This document shows positions 26,305 to 41,220 of a DNA stretch of 64,000 nucleotides, piece after piece. The stretch is from the human T2T-CHM13v2.0 reference genome, Homo sapiens. Position 1 is the stretch's first letter, and the number at the start of each line of letters is the position of its first letter. A program made the position numbers and the translations under genes. The stretch lies in assembly GCF_009914755.1 (NCBI RefSeq), contig NC_060937.1; one strand, given 5' to 3'. The notes under the pieces were generated by a model that saw only the letters and a list, made by a program, of their open reading frames with translations, was not told the DNA's origin and searched no databases.

Positions 26305-29300
26305 AATTTGAGCACCTTTTCATGCCCTTGTTGGCCGGTTGTACTTATTTTTTGGGGAAATATCTATTCAAGTTAAGTTTTTAAATTGGGTCTCTTGTCT
26401 TTGTATTACTGAGTTGTTAGAGTTTTTTATATATTCCAGGCACAAGATCCACATTATATCAATGAGTTGCAAATATTTTCTCCAAACTTTCAAATTTCTA
26501 AGGACATTTTCACTTAACAAGAAAAAAAAAAAACTGTCAACTTCTTGCTAGTGTCCTTCAAAATATCAAAGCTTTTTTTCTTGTTGTTTATTTCTTTTTT
26601 TAATTTTGACAAAGCCCAATTTATTGATTTATTTTTCCTTTGTTGCTTGAGCTTTTGTTGTCATATTTAAGGAACTGTTGTCTAAACAATGACCATGAAC
26701 ATTTACACTTATGTTTGTAAGTATTCTGTAATTTTTGCACTTACCCTTGGATCTTTGATAAATTTTGTGTTAATTACAGCTTGAACATTCTAAATCTAGA
26801 ATCCCAATGTCTCAAATGCTCCAAAATTTGGAAGTCTTTGAGCACAGAAATAAACTCAAAGAAAATGCTCATTGGAACATTTCAGATCTTGAATTTTTGG
26901 ATTTGGAATGCTGAACCACTAAGCATAATGCAAGTATTCCAAATCCCCAAAAAATCCAAAATCTAAAATACTTCTAGTCTCAAATATTTTGAATAAGGGA
27001 TACTCAACCTGTATTGTATATTTTGTGAGAAACGGATCTAACTGTAGTCTTTTGCATGTGAAATTCCAGCTATCCAAGCATCATTTACTAAAAAGACTCA
27101 TTCTTCTCCCACTGAATGACACCCTTGTTAAAAAAAATTATCACCTTAATATGTCTTTACTTCTGTACTTTAAATTACATTTTATTGATATATATGTAGA
27201 TTCTTATGTCACTACAATGATATTTTGATTACTATGGCATTGTAATACATTTTGAAATTGGAAAGTGTGAGTCCACAAATGTTGTTCTTCTTTTTCAGAA
27301 TGGTCATGTTGGGTCCCTTGCAATTTCATATAAATTTCAGAGCAGCTTGTTCACTTTTGCAAAAAAAGACAATTGAAATGTTTATGGAAATCATTTCAAA
27401 TCTCTATATCAATTTGGGGAACCCAGACACCTTAGTAATATTAAGTCTTCCAATTCATTAACACAAAATCTCTTTACAGTCATTTAGTTCTTCCTTAATA
27501 TATTTTAACACTATTTTGTAGTTTCAGTGTATTCAGTGTACAAGCCTTTTATTGACTTTGTTTATTTCTAAGAATTTTATTATATTTGATGCTATTATAA
27601 ATTAAAATTTTGTTGCATTAATTTTTGAATTTTTTAGTGTTACTTTAAAAAAGTAAAACTAATTTTGTATATTTATCTTATATCTTGCAATTTTGTTGAA
27701 CTTGTGTATTAACTCTTATAGATTTTAAGGTGGATTATTTAGGGTGGTTTTTATACCATGACCATGTTCTCTTCAAATAGAAAAAGTTTTACTTCCTCCT
27801 TCTCAATTTGGATGGCTTTTATTTCTTTTTCGTCCTTAATAGTTCTGGCTAGAACATCTACCACAGTGTTGAATAATGGTGGCAAAAGTCATCATGTTTG
27901 TCTTCTCCCTGACCTTAGGGGAAAAACTTTCAGTCTTTCATTTTTTTAATGTTATGCAACCTCTGTTTTTTTCAGAAATGCTCTTTATCATGTTTAGGGA
28001 ATTTTTTTCCTCTTCCTAATTTGTTGTGAGTTTTTATAATGAAAATATTGGGTTAGATTTTATCAGTTTTTTCTACATTTGAGATGATCTTGTTTTTCTT
28101 TATTTTACTATCATTTCGTATTTTATTAATAGAGCTTCATATGTGGAACAAGGCTTGCATTCCTCAGATAAATTTTACTTGGGTATCATGTATAATTCTA
28201 TTGATAAGCTATTGGACTTAATTTATTTGAGTTTTGTTGAAAAGTTCTCTGTCTGTATTCATAATGGATATTGGTCTTGTTTTCTGTTTTATTTTGTTTC
28301 ATGAAGTCTTTGTTTACCATTGATAGCAGAGTAATTTTGGCTTTATAAAATTATAAAATTAGTAAGTGTTCTCTTTTTTAGTATGTTTTGGTGGAGCTTA
28401 AGACTGGTTGCTTTTTATTCTTTTTTAAAGATTTCATAAAATTCAACAATGAGTTCAGCTGGGACTTTAGTTTCCTAAGTGGATAATTTTTTGGAGTCTC
28501 TTTACTTGCAGTTCTATTCAGATTTTTTATTTCTTTTTGAGTCAGTTTTGGTAGTTAGAGTCTTTCTAAAAATTGGTATATTTCATCTAGATTATAAAAT
28601 TTGTTGTTATATAATTGTTTATAGTACCTCTTTAAAAGTAGTTTTATTACTTTAGGTCATCAGTAATGTCCTTTATTTAATATTTTAGTCATTTGACTTT
28701 TTCTTTTTTATTCCTTATAAGTCTAGGTAACTGTCAATTGTGCTGAAATTTTTAAAGAACTAACTTTTGGTTTTGTTGTTTCTATTTTTTATTACTTATT
28801 ATATTTATAACTAGTCATTATTATTTCTTTCCTTCTTCTTGCATTATGTTTTGTTTGCTTTCTTTTGTAGTAATTAAACACTTATTTTATTGTTCTAAGA
28901 GCATTCTTTATTTTTTATGTAGAAATTGAGAGCTATCAATCCTCTTAGCACTGTTGGTCAAAAATTCCCATTAGCTTTGTTGTGTTGCATTTTTGTTTTT
29001 GTAGTCTCAGAGTATTTTTGAATTTTTAAATATCCCTTTTGATTTCTTATGTGACCCATTGATTATTTCAGAGTGTGCCGTTGAATGTACACACAGATTT
29101 TCTAATCTTTTTGTTATTGATTTCTAGATTTCATTCTATCATGGCCTAAAAACATATTCTGTGTGATTTAAATTGTTTTAAATTTATTGTTAATTGTTTT
29201 ATAGCCTAACATAGTCTATCCTGAAGAATATTTCATGTTCCCTTTAGAAAAATGTGTGTTCTGCTGTTTTGTGGGGGTTGAATGTTTGACATATATCTGT

Positions 29301-29760
29301 TAGATCTATTTGGTTTATACCATTGTTCAAGCTTTCTGTTGTCTTTTGGATCTTCTCTCTAGTTGTTAAAACTGTTATTCCAATTGGGGTTTTGAAACCT
29401 CCAACTATGATTGCTGTGTGGATATATCTTCTTTCAACTCTGTCAGTCTGCTTCATTTATTTGGGGTTCTATTATTAGTTGCATATATTGTTATATCTTC
29501 TTGATGTTTTTACCCTGGGGAGTTTAATCCATAATATCTTTAATATAATTATTGCTTAAAATGACTTAAACCTACTATTGGTATGTGAATTTTACATGTC
29601 TTCTATCATTAAAAACGTTTTCCATTAATAGATTCTTTTGTGTAAAATAGATACTTTCTACCACAGCAATTTAAAGCCAATCTTCGTTGTTTCTTTTACT
29701 TCATATTTTGAGGGTTTTTTTAGTGGTTGCCCTAAGCATTACAATAAACATTATTCATTA
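26305..29760 (-). mobile_element. Old L1M ORF2 (degenerate)
   Basis: Continuous antisense L1 motifs. ORF 29244..29456 (IIVGGFKTP...DLTDICQT) is an EN remnant. Confidence 0.88.
26777..27011 (+). mobile_element. Tigger4a (Zombi) non-autonomous DNA transposon
   Basis: TIRs cagcttgaacattc / gggatactcaacctg, TA flanks, 235 bp, internal 'gaaaatgctcattggaacatttc'. Confidence 0.9.
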
Positions 29761-32304
29761 GCCCATTGAGAAAAATAAATATGAGTGTCTGGGGAAAAAG
29801 GCTGAGTTGCATCCACAAATGGCTTGTTCTAAACAATTAATGATTAAAATTCTCCCCTGCTGATTACACCCTTTAGTGAGCATTCACATAGGCTACAAAT
29901 GTCTTCAGTTTTTCATCTGTTCTCTGTCTATTTATCCTTCCAAGCAAAAGTAACAACCAGGAAAGCTGCCTGAAGTTCTGTCTACTGGGAGAAATTTTCT
30001 TTACTAGTGTCTTTCAGAAATGCCCCAGAAAGACAGGGACTTTAGTCTGAAACTGTTGACTATTGGATGGTATCTGCATATTATGCAGAACCATCTGTGA
30101 GATATGCCAAATTTCTCTTCTTCTATCAGTTGATCATAGGAAACTCTCCATGAAGCCATAGGTACACTCTGAGAAAATGTAATTTTGCAGGAGCCGGGAC
30201 CATGAGCATTAGGGCTATTCTTCATATATTAACAACTTACTTGCACTTCAGGGCCTTTTGAGCCCAATCTTATATAAATATACCACTTCCATTTCGTGAT
30301 GGAGTGCTGCTGCACATGTCCGATTTTATGACTTGGTGGGGTAGAAAATACCAAGTTGATGAAGGGCAGCTAAGTTTGCACGATAACTTGGCAGCCCATA
30401 ATTAAGCTTCAATCTTTACTAAGGCCCACTAGCAAACCAAAAGCTATTTATCCAAAAAAAGAATAGTTATGTACAGATGATGGCAGGTATTGTTCCAATA
30501 TCCTAAGCTTCTGCACTGTAATTTGCCTATAGAGATTAGTCAAAGGCCCCAGGTATCATTCCTATCTGCCATTGAGATTTCAGGCATCATTGGATATGCT
30601 GCAGCATATGGCCCAATTAGCACAGTGGCTTGAACAGCAGTGAGAAACTGTTGTAGAACCTGCTCATGTTCTGGACTTCACTCAAAATTTGCAGCTTTTT
30701 AGGTCACTTAGTAAATGAGCCAGAGTAGCACATCTGAATGAGAAATATATTGCCTTCTCAACTCTAAAGAGGCTCACTAAGAGTTGTGATTTTCTGTCTT
30801 CTTCTTCTTTTTTTTTTCAGAAGAAAGAGCTCAATTCAACAACTTACCCTTCACCTTAGAAAGCATATCTCAACATATCCCATACTACGGTGCCCTCAAA
30901 ATTTCACTGAGTTAGAAGACTCCTAAATTTTTATGAGATTTCTTTCTCCTACTCTGACATGGAAAAGTCTTACCAATAAATGTAGAGTAGTTGCTACTTG
31001 TTGCTCACCAGGTCCAATCAGGATGATGTCACTGATATAATGGACCAGTATGATAACTTGTGGAGGGATTGTGACTGAAGTCAGGAGAGTTGTTATACCC
31101 TTGAAGTAAATTAGCAAATGTGTATTACTGGCCTTTCCAGCTGAAAAGAAACTGCTTGTGGTGGTCTTTACTAAGTGATATTGAGAAAAAACCATATTCT
31201 AGATCAATAACTATATGCTAAGCACAAGCAGATGTGTTAATTTGCTCAAGCAATCAAACTATATCTGATAGAGCAGCTGAAATTGGAGTCATCACCTAAC
31301 TAAGCCTACAATAATCTCAATAATCTGCTGTCATGTTCCAAGATCCATCTGTTTTAAGAACGTGATCAAATATGTATGTTGAATATAAGTGTAGTGGGAA
31401 TCACTACCCCTACATATTTCAAGTCGTTGATAGTGGTATTAATAACTGAAAGCCCTCCAGAAAATGTAATATTGCTTTTGGTTTATTTTCTTAGGTAGAG
31501 GGAGTTCTAGCAGCTTTCACTTGACCTTTCTCACCATGATAGTCCTCACACCACTGGTCAGGGAACTAATGTGGACATTCTACTAGTTTTTAGTGTATCT
31601 ATTGTAATTGTGGTTTCCACAACTGAAAAAATAACCACAGGATGCGTTCAGTGACCCACTGGACCTACAAGCAGGTGGGTCTGTTAAAGCTTCATTATCT
31701 CACCTCCATAAGCTCCTACTCTGACCAGTGGACTATAGAGATGTTTTCAGGTCTTTTGAATCAATGTAATTTCACAGCCAGTGTCAAGTAATTCCCCCAA
31801 AGTCTGATTATTTTCTTTTCCCTGATGCACAATCACCTGGCAAAAAGTTATAAATTCTTTTGGCGAACGACTGGGAGAAATATTAGCAGCATAAATTGTT
31901 GGCAGTATAGCAGTGTGCTTCTTCAAAGATACCTGGTCTTTCTCCATTCACGTGGTTTTGGATCTGTTAACTGGCTCAAATCTGAGAATTGGTTGAAGGG
32001 GGCATGAATCACTGTTTATATGTTTAAGTTAGTTTAAGTTGACCTAGACTTCTTTGCATGTATAAATTAAATAAGAATTTAGTGAATGCCCACTTATTTC
32101 ACTTCTAGGAACATCAACAAGCAACACCATAGGTCTCTTTTAGTCATACTATTCTGATTACTGTATTAACTTTGCTGTCTATTACAGTAATAAACCTTAC
32201 CTTTGGTGATTATATACCACCATTTGCCCTCTCCTACTCAGGGATTCAATTATTTCCATTGCATTTATGTGTTTTAATTCAGTGTTAGAAGTTATTGTAA
32301 TTTA

Positions 32305-34004
<1,700 letters not shown>

Positions 34005-35166
34005 AGAAGTTATTGTAATTTATAATCTACAAGAAGAACAACTACAGAGATCTTCAACAATGCTAGCACTACTGTCACAAATGTATTTCTTACAGTCATA
34101 CTGAAAGTTGGGTCCTTTGTACCCTTCTGGTACCAATGAGCAGGTCTTGTGTGATAAGGCTACTCTAAAATTCCATTCTCCCTAAGCATTTTGATTTCCT
34201 CTTCTATAGTATGCCAAGGCAGTTCTGGAATTTCAACTTCATTTTGTGTAGACTATATTTTGGCCCATGTTTTAGCCAATCCACTAAACATATTGCTAAA
34301 GTCCTTTTTAACTCACTATGCTGCTTGTGTTGAACTATAACACTAAGTTCAGAATTTTTTCTAAGGGAGCAGATAGTAGTATATGTGGCCAAATTTATAT
34401 CCATTTCACAATTATCCTCAATCCTTAATATCCATTCCCAGACATGTGCTCCATATTTCATTCTGTATAAATTGTTACATAGTTGTTTTAGATTGTAGTA
34501 CGACTCTTCATGGGCCACGTTTTATACCTCACCTGAAGGACCTACTGGTGTTTACATCTAGTTATGTGACTACAAGGAAACAGAAATTGTCAGGGTGGTT
34601 CCTGAGGAGAATTAGTAGTGTGTTTCAAGGCAACTACAATTGGAAAGGCCATTACAGATTCCTTGGAAAAAGTATGATTTATCCTCAGACAGAGATGGTA
34701 CAGCTGCTTCTACTGGGAAGATTCAGTAGAATATAGAGGTTCATATGTGAGGAGCCTCCACTCAAGCTTTTCAGAAAAGCATTTTTAGAAAACTATTTTT
34801 CCCACTGAATGCCTTCACTTTAACAGTAAATGCTCTGCAACTTTAGAAATACAATTTATTCTGTTTTTCCACCATTTGCGGGATGAAACTCTGGGTTTTG
34901 TCTTCAGTAATCTCAGCTCTGTAGCTATAGGAGATAAAACTTTTTTACATGGAAGATATAGAAATTTTCAAGTCATTTATGCAGTGTTTGAATTGAGAAT
35001 TTAAATCCCTGAGCTCATTCTTTTCTTTCCTCACTTTGTCTAGTGCAATTAGGAACAACCAGCCAATCTCATTATACTTGTTAATTTGACAGAAATGTTC
35101 AAAGCTATCAAACACTTAGTTACCTGAACTGTGCTTCTTAAAAGCGTTTGATTAGGAAAATCCAAA

Positions 35167-35240
35167 GGTGACATCCAATTGTGACATTTAGTGCAACTCC
35201 AATGGTGACATCCAATGGTGACATTTAGTGCATCTCCATT
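35167..35240. repeat. 37-bp tandem duplication within ERVL gag
   Basis: ggtgacatccaattgtgacatttagtgcaactccaat / ggtgacatccaatggtgacatttagtgcatctccatt. Confidence 0.85.
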
Positions 35241-35436
35241 GCCACATCATGCCAGAGATTATAAGTGCTCTCTTTACTACTTGAAAGAGAATTAAAGAGA
35301 ATTATTAGTAACTTTAACTCTAATCTAATAACAAAGTTATTAGTAATATTATACCAACTTTAGAAACCCCAAAACCAATTCACAAAACCTCATCCTTAAG
35401 ATTCTGTTCTGTAGGACCTTTCTTGGTACCAAAATT

Positions 35437-35477
35437 TATATCAGTCAAGGTTCCCCCTAGAGGCAAAATCAATAGGA

Positions 35478-35538
<61 letters not shown>

Positions 35539-35893
35539 ACAAGAGAGGGAGATTTTAGAATTTGCTCAGGCAATTGTGCAAAATAGCAAATCCAAAATCT
35601 GTAAGGCAGGCCATCAATCAGAAAATTCTTGCAAGAGTTAATGTTGCAGTTTTGAGTCTAAAGGTAATCCAGAGGCAGAATTCCTTTCAGGTGACCCCAG
35701 TCTTTCTCTATGGCTTACAACTGATTGAATGAAGCCCACCATCATTACAGAAGTTAATCAGTTTTACTCAAAGGCTGCTGATTAAATATTAATCATGTCT
35801 AAAATATCTCCACAGCAATATCTAGACTGATGCTTAACCATACAACTGAGATCCATAGCATAGTCACATTGACACATAAGATTAACCATCACA
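35437..35893 (-). mobile_element. MLT2 LTR (5' LTR of the ERVL provirus)
   Basis: Ends 'attaaccatcaca', the reverse complement of the MLT2 start TGTGATGGTTAAT; directly abuts the PBS. Confidence 0.9.
35481..35538. repeat. (GT)21(GA)8 compound microsatellite in the MLT2 LTR
   Basis: Directly visible perfect runs. Confidence 0.95.
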
Positions 35894-36765
35894 CTTGTAA
35901 CAGAACTCTGTTCAGAAAGTTTATTGTAGAAAGAACTCGGGAGAGAAATCTGTAAGGGACTAAGGTAGGCAAGATTGGGCAGAAGAAGCTGGTTGGAAAT
36001 AGGGTTACAACTCTAGCAACTGCCAATCTTATAAAGAGTTATAGCTGGGAACCTCCACAGAGGTCTCTCAAACTGAAGCAAAGGGGTTGGATCTTTAAAT
36101 CCTTCTATCCATTAGTCATGTGCCACAGGCTGCCCCCTGGTAACTTTGAGTGAGATAGCTTTTTCTATAGCCAAAGACGATTCTCAATGATGGATGCAGA
36201 TGCAAATATACAAAAAGAAGAGAAAAAGATTTTCCTATCAGATATTGCATAAGTGTGTTCATCATTAATAGGGAATCAGTAGAGAAACACAGTATATACT
36301 ATAAAAGGCAAATTTAAAAATAAGGTTAATAACCAGAAGATTACATTAAATAGCATACATAAAGTTTAAAATAGACTATTGTAAAGAATGCATTTTTGTC
36401 AAGATTAATTAAATCCATTTTTATTTGTGATATGTTTTTCATTTAACAATTTATTCGAAAAAACTTAGTCTAAAATTCATAGGATTAATTTTTGCATTTT
36501 TGTTTTATATATTTGTGTTTCTACTTATCCTATTGTTTTATCACTGCTTTGTAAATATTATTTTACCTAGTCCATCTCTGCCCATAGTAGGAATAAGGGA
36601 GGGATATGTAGTGTGATGCACTACACTGGAAATTGTTTTGGAAATACCATTACAATTGATTATAGTTAGAGTCCCTTGACATAATGTTTATGTGCAGCTG
36701 CTGACCATAATAGAAAATTGGACAGATTCCTTGTCATCCCACACATTTCAGTCCCTTTACAAAAT

Positions 36766-36847
36766 AAATAGCAATGATATTTTCTGTTCCTTAGAAATAG
36801 AAAATAGCAATGATATTTTCTGTTCCTTAGAAATAGAAAATAGCAAT
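36766..36847. repeat. Perfect 36-bp tandem duplication (2.3 copies)
   Basis: aaatagcaatgatattttctgttccttagaaataga x2 plus aaatagcaat. Confidence 0.95.
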
Positions 36848-38267
36848 ACTGCATCTCAAATCACAATTCTCTTTAATCAACATTGCAGCATAGTGGGGAA
36901 AAAGCTGGTAAAAAGATCAATGAGTAACATCCAGTTACAGAAAATTGAAATCCACAAATACTCTGTTCAGTGAGTGTCCTTGAGTAAATTTACTTTACAC
37001 GTATTTGCAGGCTGGAAATAGAATCAATATTTTAGAATTATCATATAGCTCTGGCATTTAAAATATAGCCACACATTAGTTCTGGCTTGAAGTGAACAGT
37101 TTCGATATAGAGCATTTGAAAGATATTTACAAGAACTCTACGTTCTTTATGCAATCATTTTTCTTTAGCCAAGTTTCTCAAATAAAGACTTTCAGAAAAA
37201 GTAGGATGTTTCCTATAAAGGCACCTTAGTTGTAGTTTTTACCATACACATTTTCTTCTATATACATGTGCCTGATAGATAGCCACTGTGGGTAAAGAAT
37301 GCTATAAACAGTAGAATGTTTATAATTTATCTTCATTTCTTTTTTCTGACCCTTACTTTTCACTATGCCTCCTCATAAACTGGCCCCTACACTTTTAAGA
37401 CATTTTCATATTTGATAAATGTCTGCATGAATGAATGAATGGAAGGCATGAATAATACATTTGAGAACATGAATACTATTTGATTATATTTCTGAATATA
37501 TTTAAATTACAATAGGGCAAAAATATTAAGGCTAATAAATAAATGGCTAATTCTGCATATCAGTCATCAGATACAGTGAGAAAATATAATAGAAACAGGA
37601 GTTTTCTGCCTTCCCCATATTCCTTAAATCAAATGCATAAACAGCCAGTCTATTAAGAGGTGAGGTCATATGTACAAGAATAGGTTTTGTTTCCAAAATC
37701 TCCATAATTTTGTTGAACTCACAATTAAAGCATAAGTTAGAATGTCTACAATTTTCTCTCTTACTTTCAATTATGTTTATTTTCAAATTAAGAAACACAA
37801 TTACTCTAAAACACAAATATTGAATAGGAAATCAACTATACTATTTACTGAGGAGAGGAGAAATATATTTTTTAAGTAAGGGTCTAGACGAAATAAGAAA
37901 TTTTACTATTGCATAGAAATATCATTTTCATTACTAATGATTGGTTATATTTTATCTCCCCTTGAAAGCTAATGATAGTAATTTTAATTTTCTAAAGACT
38001 TGAAAACATACAATCAGAACTTTAGAACTATGTATTACTCTATCTTGACTCTTTCGTGATTAATACAGGCATTTGGGCAAATATCTAATATCTATTTATT
38101 ATGTTAGATATCCCCTCAGTTGATTTGATATTATAAAAACCTTTCATCTTGCTACCAGTAGATTTTCTAAATTAGTCTGAAACATGTATTTGATTGAATC
38201 ACTCTACACAAACACAAATATAACTAAAAATATTTGTAAATTGTATTCCTCTTTCAAACACAGTCAG

Positions 38268-38810
38268 TGTAATGATTTAAGACTGTGCCAACTTAGTTGT
38301 ATTTTAACTATGTTTCCCAGCATTCTGTTCCGTGTATAATTCCAGGTTAGGTTTGCTCATGAGAAAAATCTGCATGATAAAGCAGCAGCCATGAATCTCT
38401 GCTAACTCTTGCTTGAGCCTTTGAGGCACCAGGGCAGAGTAGTCTGGCAACTCCAATTCATTCTTATTTTATAGCTTCTTTTCATCTTGTTCTAATTCTC
38501 AGTTGCTGGCCTTGCTGACCAATGATGATTCCAGCCCACCACCAAGTGTTTTGCAGCAAACTCACAGAGGGAGTAGCAACAGAGAGCCAACAACTTTGAC
38601 CATGTCTTTCTTCCATTTCTATTCCAGCAGCTATAGACTCTTGTAAGCTTCATGCTGATAAGGGCTTTCCTCAGTACCTGTCTTAGCTTTACCTCCCCAG
38701 CATTTTTCTCAATTGCAGGAGGTCTAGTTTCCACTTATAAAATCTTATGCCATTTACTATTTCACGAAACTCATAGTGTTCTGTTTCCCTAATTGAACTT
38801 TAAAAAATAG
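38268..38810 (+). mobile_element. Old ERVL solo LTR (LTR41-like)
   Basis: 'tgtaatgatttaagactgtgccaactt...aactatgtttcccagcattc...ttccaggttagg' resembles the recalled LTR41 5' end. Confidence 0.55.
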
Positions 38811-39229
38811 AACCATGAAATACAGTGCAGGGTTGTTAGACATTGGGGAACATCTACTTAATTTTGCACATTGTGTGTGTCTATTGAGGTAGAGAGGAGG
38901 TAAAAGGGAGAGTTGTGCATCCTAGAGCGAGTATGTCAGGATAGTGATTTTGAAGTGTTTGTAATTCAGTGAAATCCTTAAAAAATCTAATTTGAGGTTA
39001 TCTGTGAGTTTCTACAAGACCCACTTTCTAAGATATGTAAATATAGGTTGAGGAGCCCCAATATTCATCTATAAACTAATATGTAGATCCAAATACGATG
39101 GACATAATGCCAATAGTGTTGTTTTTCTTGGTTAACAGGAAGTATACCCTAGTCTATCCAGCAAGTTAACAGAATAGCCCTGCAGACACCATTGTCTAAA
39201 AGGCTTCTCTGAGTGCTACCCTCTAAATT

Positions 39230-39388
39230 AGAGTTAGCAAGCTATTTCAATATATTTTTTCAGCTTTGAGGGTCATACAGTTTATTTTGCAACTACTCAC
39301 ATCAGCCACTGTAGCATGTTAAATAGGCTTAGGCTGAAAATAAACTAATAGTCTTGGCCAGGTTTGTCCCATGCGGATTCCTCTAAAG
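39230..39388 (+). mobile_element. MER58A-like hAT-Charlie fragment
   Basis: 'ctttgagggtcatacag...ttgcaactactcacatcagccactgtagc'. Confidence 0.65.
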
Positions 39389-39978
39389 GATCATTGAAGA
39401 TGTCTAAACTTTTTAATCTTGAAGCCAACATTATAAGTTTTCATGAATTTCAATTGTTTAACTGTCTAGTGATAAATTATTTAAGAACGTAGAGAACAGT
39501 AAAATCATCACATTTATAGAAAATAAAAAATAAACCAGGCTTTATTCTATAACATTTCTTTCCTTGACATGAATGTGATGGCTAATGCCAGAAATAAGGT
39601 CTCTAATTTGGATGAACATTTTGGATGCAAAGAAAAAGAAAATGTATAAGCAAAATTGGCCTTAGATCAAAATTAATACAAAATATCAGAGGTTGTACCA
39701 CAAAATATATTAAGTTAAAATGATATAAAACAAAAACTGCCACACTGAGAAGCATATTAGGTAATTACTGGCATTCATGAGGGAAAAAGGAAATCAGTGA
39801 CTAGTGATTACAGTCTTCTAATTTAGTTCATCTGTTATTTGAAAACATTTTCTTATTCAAGCTAAAAATTACAAGATTGAATAAACATTTTATTTAATTT
39901 ATACCAATGCACCACATATCAGCTTTGTTTATATACATTGCTAAAAACAAAATTCATCTTCACTTGCCTGGCATTGAG

Positions 39979-40269
39979 TTTTTTGTTTTTTTTTTTTTGA
40001 GACAGAGTCTTTTTCTGTTGCCTAGCCTAGAGTGCATCAGCTCACTGCAACCTCCACCTCCTGGGTTCAAGTGATTCTCCTGCCTCAGCCTCCAGAGTAG
40101 CTGGGATTGCAGCCATGTGTCACCATGCCCAGCTAATTTTTGTATTTTTAGTAGAGATGGAGTTTCACCATGTTGGCCAGGCTGGTCTTGAACTCCTGAC
40201 CTCAAGTGATCTGCCTGCTTTGGCCTCCCAAAGTGCTCAGAATACAGGCATCAGACACTGCACCTGGCC
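39979..40269 (-). mobile_element. AluS element with a small right-arm deletion
   Basis: Poly(T) plus antisense Alu ending 'cactgcacctggcc'. Confidence 0.94.
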
Positions 40270-40752
40270 TGACTTTTCAAATTTGAAGATGTTTTTAAAA
40301 ATTTCTTGTATATAATACAAATTTAAGAAATACCTATATAAGTTTTCTTTTAATAATTTAGATATAGAAAATTCATTGTTTGCCCTACTCTGTGGGTTAG
40401 AGATGGGGAGAGAGAGAGTGAGCAAGAGAGTTCACCTTTTTAGTATCATATTTGTGTGAGTTTTATATTATTTCATCTTATTTCTTAAGTCTATTCTTTG
40501 AAATAACATGCTTATTTTATTATTTTTACATAACTATTAATCATCTATGATTGATCTATTTATCTATACATCTATTTATTTGTTTATCTCACTTATTATC
40601 TTTCAAACCATAATCCATCTATTACAATTCCAACGGCCAGAAAACTTTTACACAATAATTTCTTTTTCTAACCCTATCTTTTGTCTTTTTTATAAGGTTT
40701 TATATCTTTGGAAATGAGCACTGTTTTTTCTTTTGTTAATGGTGTTCCGTAT

Positions 40753-41220
40753 TGCTGTGATTTAAATATGGTTGATTTTCACCGAAACTCATGATGAGGC
40801 TTGTTCCCCAAGGCAGTGGTGTTTGGAGCTGGGGTCTTTAACAGGTGATTATGTCATTAAAACAAGATGATTGGGTAATTAAAAGGAATTAGTGCCTTAG
40901 CCATGGAAATGAGTTCTCACTCTTGTGAGACTGGATTAGTTAGAGTGAGTTATAAAGAAAGACTGCCCTTCATGTTTGGTCTCTTGGCATAGGCCCACTT
41001 CCCCTTCTCCTTTTCCACCATGCTATTACTTTCAATGGCAAAAAACTGCAATTACTTTTGCACCAACCTAATGCAATGAACCATAAGATTCTTGCCAGAA
41101 GATGACCAGATGTAGCCACCTGATCTTGGACTTTTGCCTTCAGAATGGTGAGCTTCTTCCCTCTAGAATGTACCCAGTTTCAGGTATTTTGTTATGACAA
41201 TAGAAAAAGAAACTATGACA
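40753..41220 (+). mobile_element. MST-type (MSTC-like) solo LTR
   Basis: TG...CA ends; 'tacccagtttcaggtattttgttat...aactatgaca' MaLR 3' end. Confidence 0.8.
41021..41071. mobile_element. Half MADE1 inside the MST LTR
   Basis: 'ttactttcaatggcaaaaaactgcaattacttttgcaccaacctaa' is the right half of MADE1. Confidence 0.9.

Noticed and set aside
36666-36973. ORFs with repeated peptides (CYFLFLRNRKYH; NSNDIFCSLEIE), or a mini-CRISPR
   Set aside because: They result from a 36-bp tandem duplication. There are no spacers or cas genes, and this is primate DNA.
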